Source of the DNA: Bacillota bacterium
Lineage (GTDB): Bacteria; Bacillota_I; Bacilli_A; RFN20; CAG-826
Reading direction: 5' to 3'
NCBI GenBank assembly: GCA_030537155.1
Contig: JAUNOH010000001.1
Span: 47,574-111,573, forward strand
DNA length: 64,000 nt
The notes beneath the pieces are model-generated. The model made no database searches, had not been told where the DNA came from, and saw nothing but the letters and a program-made list of their open reading frames with translations. The translations under genes were made by a program, and so were the position numbers. Positions 32,346 through 39,913 of the stretch are shown here, piece after piece (position 1 is the first letter of the stretch; the number at the start of each line of letters is the position of its first letter).

Positions 32346-33047
32346 ATGAAACCGAAATTCGAGTATAAGATCAGGCTCCATACCGAACATGTCGACGGCA
32401 AGGGGAAACTCCGCCTCGACAGCATGCTCCAGATATTCCAGGAGATCTCCATCGCCCATGTCAGCAGCCTCGGCATGCCCTCCTCCTTCACCATGGCCAA
32501 AAACCTCATCTGGGTCATCGGCAAGGAGAGGATCGAGATCGAAAGGCTCCCTCAATACGAGGAGGAGATTAGTGTCAGGACCTGGCCCGGCAAGAGGATG
32601 ATATTCATCTTCCCCCGTTACTATGAGATCGCCGACGCCAAAGGACACCCCATCATCAGGGCAACCTCCTATTGGACCCTCATCAACTTCAGCACCCGCA
32701 AAGTCGCCGACCCAGTCAAAGAGGGAATTGAGGTTGCTGACGAAAGCCGCGGCGATGAACTTGCCTGCCCCATGGCTCTACGTTTCCCAGAACTCGAGAA
32801 GAAAACCGTCTTTGAGCCGAAATTCACCGACTTGGATATCAACGGTCACGTCAACAACACAAAGTATATGAACGTCGTTCAGGATTTATTGCCAAATGAC
32901 TTCCTGTTAAACCACGACGCCAAAGCCATTGACATCCATTGGAAAAAGGAAATAAAAATCGGCGATTCAGTCGAAATAAAATATGGTTTGGTTGATGGCG
33001 CCTACTGCTTTGGCTCCGATCACTTCCTAATCAAAATCCAATATTAA
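32346..33047 (+). CDS. Acyl-ACP thioesterase
   Basis: 233 aa; double hot-dog pattern with ...HTEHVDGKGKLRLDSMLQIFQEISIAH... and DLDINGHVNNTKYMN. Confidence 0.8.
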   Translation: MKPKFEYKIRLHTEHVDGKGKLRLDSMLQIFQEISIAHVSSLGMPSSFTMAKNLIWVIGKERIEIERLPQYEEEISVRTWPGKRMIFIFPRYYEIADAKGHPIIRATSYWTLINFSTRKVADPVKEGIEVADESRGDELACPMALRFPELEKKTVFEPKFTDLDINGHVNNTKYMNVVQDLLPNDFLLNHDAKAIDIHWKKEIKIGDSVEIKYGLVDGAYCFGSDHFLIKIQY

Positions 33048-33053
33048 ATGAAC

Positions 33054-33082
33054 AACGCCGGCAAATCCGGCGTTTTCTTTTG
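33054..33082 (+). terminator. Rho-independent terminator between convergent thioesterase and TetR genes
   Basis: AACGCCGG-CAAAT-CCGGCGTT followed by TTCTTTTG. Confidence 0.8.
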
Positions 33083-33083
33083 C

Positions 33084-33623
33084 CTATTCGTATAACTTCA
33101 GGAAAATTTGATACATCTGCTCGGGCGAATAGGCGTCGTCATGGCTGACCCAATGCTCGAGCAACGATATATAGGAATGCGTCAATTGATGGGCCTGCAA
33201 TCTTTCCGGCACCCCCTCCCGGTAGAAGAGACGGCTTTTTATCGCCCCATACATGAGTGGCCAACTCCGCTTTCTGATTTGGCTGGAGAAGATGGCGCTT
33301 CCGTTAGAGGAGAAGATGGCCTTGGCTAAATCCCTTTTTCCATAGAATTTATAAAAGAGTTCATAGATCAAACGCCGATAATCGAAGACGCTTCCGCCAG
33401 ATAATTTATCGAAATCGAAATTAAAGACCTCACCATAGATGGAGTCGCAGACATCACGAAGGACATCGTCCTTGTTTTGAAAATGGGAATAGAAGGTGGA
33501 ACGAGATAAACCAGACTCCCTCAAAATATCGTTAACCGATATCTGGTCATATTCTTTCTCCTCCAATAATTTCATGAAGGATTGGTAAACAGCTTCGCGC
33601 GATCTCTTTTCTCTCTTGTCCAT
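33084..33623 (-). CDS. TetR/AcrR family transcriptional regulator
   Basis: N-terminal HTH ISVNDILRESGLSRSTFYSHFQNKDDVL. Confidence 0.88.
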   Translation of the reverse strand: MDKREKRSREAVYQSFMKLLEEKEYDQISVNDILRESGLSRSTFYSHFQNKDDVLRDVCDSIYGEVFNFDFDKLSGGSVFDYRRLIYELFYKFYGKRDLAKAIFSSNGSAIFSSQIRKRSWPLMYGAIKSRLFYREGVPERLQAHQLTHSYISLLEHWVSHDDAYSPEQMYQIFLKLYE

Positions 33624-33640
33624 GACAATATTAAAACACT

Positions 33641-33669
33641 TGTCCGGTAAATATTGAAGTTCCCGGACA
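33641..33669. promoter_or_regulatory. Inverted repeat TGTCCGG-N15-CCGGACA in the TetR/ABC divergent region (candidate TetR operator)
   Basis: Perfect 7-bp arms at 33641..33647 and 33663..33669, 18 nt upstream of the TetR start. Confidence 0.4.
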
Positions 33670-33722
33670 TATATTCGTTTTTATTTTCTTTTTTATGGAT
33701 TTTTTAGGCATAACTGTTTGGC

Positions 33723-33745
33723 TTTTCATTTAATGAAAATATAAT
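33723..33745 (+). promoter_or_regulatory. Perfect 8-1-8 palindrome abutting a TATAAT -10 element upstream of the ABC-hypB operon
   Basis: TTTTCATT-T-AATGAAAA (33723..33739) is directly followed by TATAAT (33740..33745), and the annotated ATG is only 7 nt further on. Confidence 0.5.
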
Positions 33746-33752
33746 CCCGAAC

Positions 33753-34820
33753 ATGGAGAAAAATGTCGTGACTGCCTCTTCGGAACTGTTGGCCAAACAA
33801 AGGAAGAAAGCCCTGATATTCATCATCTCGATGTTGGTCGGTGTCCTCCTTCTGTTTTTCATCTCCTTCTTAGTCGGCACCAGATATTACGGTTTTGCCG
33901 AAACATACCAAGCCCTCTTTGGCTTTGGCGACTCGGTCGTCGTAAGGGTAGTCAATAGAGTCAGACTCCCCCGGGCCATCGCCGCGGTGGTTGTTGGGGC
34001 CGGCTTAGCAATCTCGGGCCTCATCATGCAGACCTGCCTAAAAAACCCGATGGCCTCACCCAGTACCATGGGCGTCTCCAACGCCGCGACTTTGGGCGCT
34101 AACTTAGCCATTCTTTTTCTCACGGGAAGCACCACTTCCTCCTTTACCGCCGTCTCGGCCTCCCCCTATGCCATATCCGCGTTCGCGTTGCTGTTTGCCT
34201 TGATATGCACCTCCGTCGTCTTGGCTCTATCTTCGTTAAGACGCTTCTCCCCCACCACCGTCGTTTTAGTCGGCGTCGCCATGGGCTCCTTGTTCCAAGC
34301 CTTGGTCACCCTCCTCCAGTATTTCGCGGATGATGTCCAGCTATCGACCATCGTCAGTTGGACCTTTGGCGATTTGGAAAGGATGTCGATGGGTGAAAAC
34401 GGAATCCTGGGGGTCATAGTCCTGGCCGCCTTCATTCTCTTCTTCCTGCTCAGCTACCGTTATAACGCCTTATCGGGTGGGGAGAACTTCGCCCGGAGTT
34501 TGGGAGTAAGGACCAGCACCCTCCGTTTTGTCGGTTTATTCGTGGCCAGCCTCATCACCGCCGTGGCCGTCTCCTTTGTTGGCATCATCGGCTTCGTCGG
34601 AATCATCGCGCCCCACATCTGCAAGAGGATCGTCGGAAGCGACCACCGCTTCCTCCTCCCCGCCTCCGCTCTCTGCGGGTCTTTCCTATTATTGTTCTGC
34701 GATATCGCCACTAGACTGATCGGCCAGGGCATTGCCTTACCAGTCGGGGCCATAACCGCCATCATCGGGGCCCCTTTCTTCATCTTCATCGTCTTCTCAA
34801 GGAAGGAGGTAAAACAATGA
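33753..34820 (+). CDS. FecCD-family ABC transporter permease (metal-chelate type)
   Basis: 355 aa polytopic protein; typical FecCD/BtuC motifs (...RLPRAIAAVVVGAGLAISGLIMQ..., ...LPVGAITAIIGAPFFIFIV...). An alternative start at GTG 33768 is preceded by GGAG. Confidence 0.88.
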   Translation: MEKNVVTASSELLAKQRKKALIFIISMLVGVLLLFFISFLVGTRYYGFAETYQALFGFGDSVVVRVVNRVRLPRAIAAVVVGAGLAISGLIMQTCLKNPMASPSTMGVSNAATLGANLAILFLTGSTTSSFTAVSASPYAISAFALLFALICTSVVLALSSLRRFSPTTVVLVGVAMGSLFQALVTLLQYFADDVQLSTIVSWTFGDLERMSMGENGILGVIVLAAFILFFLLSYRYNALSGGENFARSLGVRTSTLRFVGLFVASLITAVAVSFVGIIGFVGIIAPHICKRIVGSDHRFLLPASALCGSFLLLFCDIATRLIGQGIALPVGAITAIIGAPFFIFIVFSRKEVKQ

Positions 34821-35581
34821 TTGAGATCAACTCATTGGACTTCTCCTACTCCAAGAAGGGGAGGAAGGTGCTCGATGGTTTTAGCCTAAATATCGCCCCC
34901 GGGGAAATACTCGCCCTATTGGGTCCAAATGGCATTGGGAAATCGACGGCCATCTCCCTGATATCCGGATTAAGGAAAGCCAAATCCGGGACCGTCGTCA
35001 TCGACGGAGTGCCCATCAACGAGATGAAACCTTCCGAACGCGCCAAAAAAATCGGCTATGTTGCCCAAGCCCCCGAGTTCCCGGATTTAAGCGTCTATGA
35101 CTCCATCCTCCTTGGCCGTCTCCCCAACTTCACCTTCTCGCCCTGCAAATACGATAAGGCGGCAACCGAGGAAATCATTGATTCGATAGGCCTAAGGGAA
35201 TTGGCCTCATCCAACGTCAACGAGATATCCGGAGGTGAGAGGCAATTGGCCGCCATCGGAAGGGCTTTGGTAAACGATCCGCCATTCCTAATTCTGGACG
35301 AGCCGACATCAAATCTGGACATGGCAAATCAGTTCCGCGTCCTCTCTTTAATCAAGCGATTGAGCAAAGAAAGAAACACGGCGGTCTTGGTGAGTCTCCA
35401 CGATTTGAACGAAGCGTTGTTAATCGCCGATAAATTCGCCTTCATGCAAGAAGGAAAAATCGCCTTTGTGGCCGATTATGAAAGCCTAAACGAAAAGATG
35501 ATTTCATCCACCTATGGCGTGGATGTGACCATATCCTCGATCGAGGGAAAAAAGCACATTTTGATTAAGGAGAACCTATGA
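34817..35581 (+). CDS. ABC transporter ATP-binding protein (FepC/FhuC type)
   Basis: Walker A GPNGIGKST, signature ISGGERQ, Walker B FLILDEPTSNLD; ATGA overlap with the permease. Confidence 0.92.
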   Translation: MIEINSLDFSYSKKGRKVLDGFSLNIAPGEILALLGPNGIGKSTAISLISGLRKAKSGTVVIDGVPINEMKPSERAKKIGYVAQAPEFPDLSVYDSILLGRLPNFTFSPCKYDKAATEEIIDSIGLRELASSNVNEISGGERQLAAIGRALVNDPPFLILDEPTSNLDMANQFRVLSLIKRLSKERNTAVLVSLHDLNEALLIADKFAFMQEGKIAFVADYESLNEKMISSTYGVDVTISSIEGKKHILIKENL

Positions 35582-36798
35582 AAAAACAAACATTATTTAT
35601 CCTGGCCTTCAGCGCCCTGACCCTAGCTTCGTGCGGAGGATCGTCTTCTTCCTCTTCCAGCACTTCTCAAGCTTCGTCTAGTAGCTCCTCGGCTTCCTCC
35701 TCTTCCGCCCCTTCAACCATCACGGTTGAGGATCTAACCGGGAGGAGCCTGATTCTGACTCCGGGTTCCTATTCGAAGATCGTCTGCGTGGGCGCCGGCG
35801 CCTTGCGTCTATATTCCTACGTCGGAGATTTATCCCTTTTAGCCGGGGTTGAAGACATCGATAATCCCACCGCCAGGGCCAATGGCTCGGGTGTCTATTT
35901 CACCAATGTCCCCCGCCCCTATTACGATGCCTATGCCGCGGATTATTTCGATGGTCTTCCCAGCTGTGGCATCGGGGGTCCCGCCAACCAACGCCCCGAG
36001 ATGGAAAAGCTCATAGCCTGTGACCCCGATCTCATCATCTCCGAATATTCGGCCGATTACGCCGAGAGCATGGAGGAGGAAGTCGGTTGCCCCGTCTTCA
36101 ATATCGCCTATGGCGCCAGGACCGTCTTCGATAGCAACGTCAAAAACTCCATCTCCAAATTAGGTCAGATATTGGATAAAGCGGATAGGGCCAGCGAACT
36201 AGTCACCTATATCGAAACCGCCGAGACCGATCTGAATACCCGCACCGCCTCGGCCACCACCTCCATCAAGGCCTATGCCGGTGGCATCGGTAACTGGGGC
36301 CAAACCAATTATCTAGCCACCCATTTCTCCTTCCCACTCTTCTCGGTCAACAACATCACCAACGTCCTTTCCGGAAGCGGGATCGAAGGGGTGGGTCAGG
36401 CTTCGATTTCCCTCGATGCCTTCGCCTCTATCGCCGGGGAGATCGACGTGATGTTCCTCGATGCGGCCGGCCTCTCCTCCACCCTTTCCCTCAATCAGGC
36501 CGATAACACCATATTCGATGGGGTTAAGGCGGTTGAGGATGGCAAAGTCTTCCTCACCATGCCCTATAACGCCTACTACACGAACATCGAGACGGCTTTG
36601 ATGGACGCCTACTATATCGGGGCCTCCGTCTACCCCGAGGCCTTCACCGATGTCGAAATCGGAGATAAGGCCGATGAGATACTCGAGAAATTCGTCGGCA
36701 AGAAACTATATGCCCAGGAATCCGCCCTCCCCGGGGCCTATGGCGGTTTCCAGCAAATTGAAAACCTCAAGGAATGGATGGAGCAAAAGCTATCCTAA
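35578..36798 (+). CDS. ABC substrate-binding lipoprotein (class III, FecB/CeuE/BtuF-like) with Ser-rich linker
   Basis: Lipobox LTLASC followed by GGSSSSSSSTSQASSSSSSASSSSAPS. The body resembles periplasmic-binding-protein type 2 (...KIVCVGAGALRLYSYVG..., ...DPDLIISEY...). ATGA overlap with the ATPase gene. Confidence 0.8.
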   Translation: MKKQTLFILAFSALTLASCGGSSSSSSSTSQASSSSSSASSSSAPSTITVEDLTGRSLILTPGSYSKIVCVGAGALRLYSYVGDLSLLAGVEDIDNPTARANGSGVYFTNVPRPYYDAYAADYFDGLPSCGIGGPANQRPEMEKLIACDPDLIISEYSADYAESMEEEVGCPVFNIAYGARTVFDSNVKNSISKLGQILDKADRASELVTYIETAETDLNTRTASATTSIKAYAGGIGNWGQTNYLATHFSFPLFSVNNITNVLSGSGIEGVGQASISLDAFASIAGEIDVMFLDAAGLSSTLSLNQADNTIFDGVKAVEDGKVFLTMPYNAYYTNIETALMDAYYIGASVYPEAFTDVEIGDKADEILEKFVGKKLYAQESALPGAYGGFQQIENLKEWMEQKLS

Positions 36799-36848
36799 AA
36801 TCAGGCCACATAGCATAAAATATCCCTGCCATAAGTAAGGAGAAACCC

Positions 36849-37520
36849 ATGTCAGAGATGCGCGTGATAAAAGTTAAGCAAAGCGTCCTGGCCAATAACG
36901 ACGCCAGGGCCGCCAAGCTCCGTAACGAATTGAAGGGGAAAGGCGTTTTCCTCATCAACGTCATGTCGAGCCCAGGCGCCGGCAAGACCACCCTCTTGGT
37001 TAATCTCATCAACAAATTGAAAACCAAGTTGAAGATCGGGGTCATCGAAGCCGATATGGACGCGATAGTCGACGCCGAAACCGTCGCCAGCAAAACCGGG
37101 GTCAAGACCATTCAGTTACACACCTCCGGGGAATGCCATTTGGACGCCAAGATGGTCAACGAGGCCGTCGACTTCATCGGCGAGGAGAAATTCGATATCC
37201 TCTTCCTCGAGAACATCGGTAATCTCGTCTGTCCCGCCGAGTTTGATACCGGGGCTGCCTTAAATCTAGTTTTGCTCTCCGTTCCCGAGGGCGACGATAA
37301 GCCTTTGAAATATCCTCTGATGTTTGAAAAGGGCAACGCCTTCGTCTTCACCAAAATGGACACCTTATCCGTCTTTGATTTTGATTTGAACAAAGTCGAG
37401 GAAAGGATCATGAGGCTAAACTCCAAGGCCGTCTTCTTCCCCACCTCCGCGAGGAAGGATGAGGGCGTCGATACTCTGGCGGATTACCTAATTCGCCTCG
37501 TCGAGGATTATAAGAAATGA
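36849..37520 (+). CDS. hypB: Nickel-incorporation GTPase HypB
   Basis: SSPGAGKTTLL (P-loop), VIEADMDAIVDAE, TSGECHLDAKMV (CH metal motif), ENIGNLVCPAEFDTG. AAGGAG RBS, and no terminator between it and the ABC genes. Confidence 0.9.
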   Translation: MSEMRVIKVKQSVLANNDARAAKLRNELKGKGVFLINVMSSPGAGKTTLLVNLINKLKTKLKIGVIEADMDAIVDAETVASKTGVKTIQLHTSGECHLDAKMVNEAVDFIGEEKFDILFLENIGNLVCPAEFDTGAALNLVLLSVPEGDDKPLKYPLMFEKGNAFVFTKMDTLSVFDFDLNKVEERIMRLNSKAVFFPTSARKDEGVDTLADYLIRLVEDYKK

Positions 37521-37924
37521 GCGAGCTACTCCAATTGGCCTACGCCCCCGAGGATGCCAATCTCGCCAAGCTGATAGGCGAGAAGCTGAATCGGAACGGC
37601 TACCGCACCAGAATTTGCCATGGGAAGGTCGACCCCCAGGAGATGGTCGTCTGCCTGATCAGCGAGAACACGAAAAGGGAATCCCTATTGAACGCCGAAC
37701 CATGGCTATCCGAGCAATTCGATTATTCCTCCTACCATAACTTCCGGGTTCTCCCCCTGCTCCCCTACCACGCCAAAGACGGGGACATTGAAGAGATTTG
37801 GGAGGAAGGCCTCGGGGAATTCTATGAAAGCCTCTTCTCCGGCGAGTTTAAACCCTATGGCTGGGATTTAGACGACGAGAACGCGATCGTCGAATTCCGC
37901 CGGGTTTTGGAAGAATACGAATAA
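37517..37924 (+). CDS. Small TIR-like (flavodoxin-fold) protein of unknown function
   Basis: 135 aa; ATGA overlap with the hypB stop. LQLAYAPEDANLAKLIGEKLNRNGYRT ... MVVCLISENTKRESLLNAEPWLSEQF ... FRVLPLLP follows the TIR_2-type strand/helix pattern. This is a by-eye assignment. Confidence 0.4.
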   Translation: MSELLQLAYAPEDANLAKLIGEKLNRNGYRTRICHGKVDPQEMVVCLISENTKRESLLNAEPWLSEQFDYSSYHNFRVLPLLPYHAKDGDIEEIWEEGLGEFYESLFSGEFKPYGWDLDDENAIVEFRRVLEEYE

Positions 37925-37931
37925 AAGCGAA

Positions 37932-37976
37932 AGAGCTGGCATCAACGATATCATGGCCGGCTCTTTTTTCTTTTTT
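37932..37976 (+). terminator. Rho-independent terminator ending the ABC-hypB-orf operon
   Basis: AGAGCTGGC...GCCGGCTCT stem (one G-U pair) followed by TTTTTCTTTTTT. Confidence 0.85.
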
Positions 37977-38083
37977 AACAAACTTGGGAATTTTTACATA
38001 AATTGATTTTCCCAAAATTCATTTTTGTAAAAACACGCCGCATGGTAGCTAAACACTAGGCAATAGAGCCCTAGCGAATTCAC

Positions 38084-38138
38084 TTTATGACATTTGCCAT
38101 ATTTTAAATATATTTCAATTTATGACATTTGATATAAT
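38084..38138 (+). promoter_or_regulatory. Two 13-nt direct repeats (TTTATGACATTTG) plus a TATAAT -10 element upstream of the XRE-fusion gene
   Basis: DR1 is 38084..38096 and DR2 is 38119..38131 (35-bp period). DR2 ends 1 nt before TATAAT (38133..38138). Each repeat contains the near-palindrome ATGACAT. These are likely autoregulatory operators for the HTH domain encoded downstream. Confidence 0.5.
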
Positions 38139-38163
38139 GTGAATGATTAAAGGAGGGCCTTCG

Positions 38164-39012
38164 ATGGATGCAAAGAAAGATGTTTGGGTTCTGCGGAACT
38201 TGCTTAACCTAACCCAATCGGAACTGGCGAAAGAGCTCGATGTCTCTTATGAAACCATTAATAGATGGGAGCTTGGGAAGAACGAAATAGAGCCCTATAA
38301 CCTAGAAAAGATATATTCGTTTGCCTTTAGGAAAAAGATATATCTAAATCAAATCTATGAACAGTTACTGAAGGAAGAGGAGAGTGAAAATTCCAAAGTC
38401 TTGTTCCATGGCTGCAAAAGAGATTTTTCCCTCCCGGCAGACCTCAATCACTCCAGAACCAACAATGATTTTGGCATAGGGTTTTATTTGGGCGAAAATC
38501 TAAAGCAGGCGGCGACGTATGTCTCCAACTCCCCATCGCCAAGGGTCTTTGTCTTCAAAATTAACCCCGAGAAGCTGAAAGCGAAACGGTTCGATGTCTC
38601 CAAAGAATGGATGCTGGCCATCGCCTATTACCGTGGCTGGATCGACAAATACAAAGACCACGGGCTCATTAAGAACGTCATAAAAAACGTTGAGTCAGCC
38701 GACGTTGTCATCGCCCCAATCGCGGACAACAAAATGTTCGACCTCGTCTCGGAGTTCGTCCGGGGTGAAATCACGGATCTGCAGGCCACCCACGCCCTGG
38801 CGGCCACCAATTTGGGTATGCAGTACGTTTTAAGGACACCAAGGGCCTTAGAAAACATCATATTCCTCGACTCACTTTATATTTCCTCCATCGAGAAGGA
38901 ATCTTTGGTAAACGAAAGGCTCAACATGAATGCCGTCTGCCAAGACAAGGTGAAGGTAGCCCGAATAAATTACAGGGGGAAAGGCCAATATATTGACCAG
39001 TTGCTAGCATGA
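38164..39012 (+). CDS. XRE-family HTH fused to a DUF3990-like domain
   Basis: I place the start at ATG 38164 (preceded by AAAGGAGGG); the ORF-track start is 38143. HTH: LRNLLNLTQSELAKELDVSYETINRWELGKNEI. C-terminal domain motifs VLFHGC, DFGIGFYLGENLKQAATYV, ADVVIAPIADNKMFDLVSEF and LGMQYVLRTPRALENIIF match my recollection of the DUF3990 family. The region is AT-rich relative to its flanks. Confidence 0.65.
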   Translation: MDAKKDVWVLRNLLNLTQSELAKELDVSYETINRWELGKNEIEPYNLEKIYSFAFRKKIYLNQIYEQLLKEEESENSKVLFHGCKRDFSLPADLNHSRTNNDFGIGFYLGENLKQAATYVSNSPSPRVFVFKINPEKLKAKRFDVSKEWMLAIAYYRGWIDKYKDHGLIKNVIKNVESADVVIAPIADNKMFDLVSEFVRGEITDLQATHALAATNLGMQYVLRTPRALENIIFLDSLYISSIEKESLVNERLNMNAVCQDKVKVARINYRGKGQYIDQLLA

Positions 39013-39818
39013 GAAAACTTGATATAAACGAATTCAAAATCTGCCAAATATTGGGGAGGATCTTCCAAAAATCCATCACGCTCTCCAATTTAAGCTCTCC
39101 AACGTTCATAAAAAGATTCATGAACTATGAGGGTAGCAAATGTTTCTTTGACAAAAGTTACCTATCTTTATCGAGCAACGAAGAAGACATTATCTTTGAA
39201 ATCAACGCTTTGTATAAGGAAAGTAAAAGCAGGATTCTGTATGGTGAAAACCAGATGTACTGGGTGGGATATATCTATGGGGCATTATCATTTTTGTATG
39301 ATCTCCCCGCCAAAACGGTATACGGATATTTCCCCGGCAAACAGATAATCAAGTATTACAACATATATCACACTTTTGACATCGAAGAGGCAGCCGAAAG
39401 GATGATGGAGAACATCAATTACGATAACGGAGATTACGTCTCTAAAGGCGTCCGCCTCTATAAGAAACTTATCGTTTTGGACAAACTGAAAGAGCTCATT
39501 GGCAAGAAGGTTCACGTCTATATCGACCGCCCACTGGGGTCCGTTCATCCGGAACACGAAAACATCGTCTATGAGGTCAACTACGGCCACATAAAAAATT
39601 TCAGGGCCCCGGATAACGAATATCAGGATGCCTACGTCCTTGGAATCGAAACGCCCATTGAAGAATTCGACGGCATCGCCTATGCCATCATCAATAGAAG
39701 CAACGACGAGGAAGATAAATTAATTGTTGTAGAAGAAAGTAAGGAATATACGGACACGGAAATAGAGGAAAACGTCAGTTTCCAAGAAAAATATTTTAAG
39801 CACAAGATCATCAGATGA
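39009..39818 (+). CDS. Two-domain protein: helical N-domain of unknown function + family-I inorganic-pyrophosphatase-like C-domain
   Basis: ATGA overlap with the upstream gene. The C-terminal part (VHVYIDRPLGSVHPEHE...YEVNYGHI...PDNEYQDAYVLG...NRSNDEEDKLIVV...QEKYFKHK) parallels E. coli PPase segments (YVVIEIPA..KYE, CNYGYI, DGDPVDVLV, DEAGEDAKLVAV, FFEHYK). The N-terminal ~140 aa are helical and may be DUF3791-like (uncertain). Confidence 0.6.
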   Translation: MRKLDINEFKICQILGRIFQKSITLSNLSSPTFIKRFMNYEGSKCFFDKSYLSLSSNEEDIIFEINALYKESKSRILYGENQMYWVGYIYGALSFLYDLPAKTVYGYFPGKQIIKYYNIYHTFDIEEAAERMMENINYDNGDYVSKGVRLYKKLIVLDKLKELIGKKVHVYIDRPLGSVHPEHENIVYEVNYGHIKNFRAPDNEYQDAYVLGIETPIEEFDGIAYAIINRSNDEEDKLIVVEESKEYTDTEIEENVSFQEKYFKHKIIR

Positions 39819-39857
39819 TGTGCTTCAATCGACGTCTTAACCCAATCTTCCCGCGTT

Positions 39858-39913
39858 ATAAAAACAAAAACACCCGACCTCACGATCGTTTGACGATGAG
39901 GCGGGTGTTTTCC
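39858..39913. terminator. Bidirectional terminator between the island (+) and hypA (-)
   Basis: CACCCG(A)CCTCA...TGAGGCGGGTG stem (39871..39907), flanked by AAAAACAAAAA upstream and TTTTCCTTATT downstream. Confidence 0.8.

Noticed and set aside
32205-32648. 147-aa - strand ORF and other small ORFs antisense to the acyl-ACP thioesterase gene.
   Set aside because: It is nested antisense in a well-supported CDS, with low-complexity acidic/Pro composition.
37977-39913. Calling the AT-rich island a mobile element.
   Set aside because: I found no integrase, transposase, recombinase, tRNA attachment site or flanking direct repeats. Only compositional contrast and terminator boundaries support foreign origin, so it is reported as a finding, not as a mobile_element feature.
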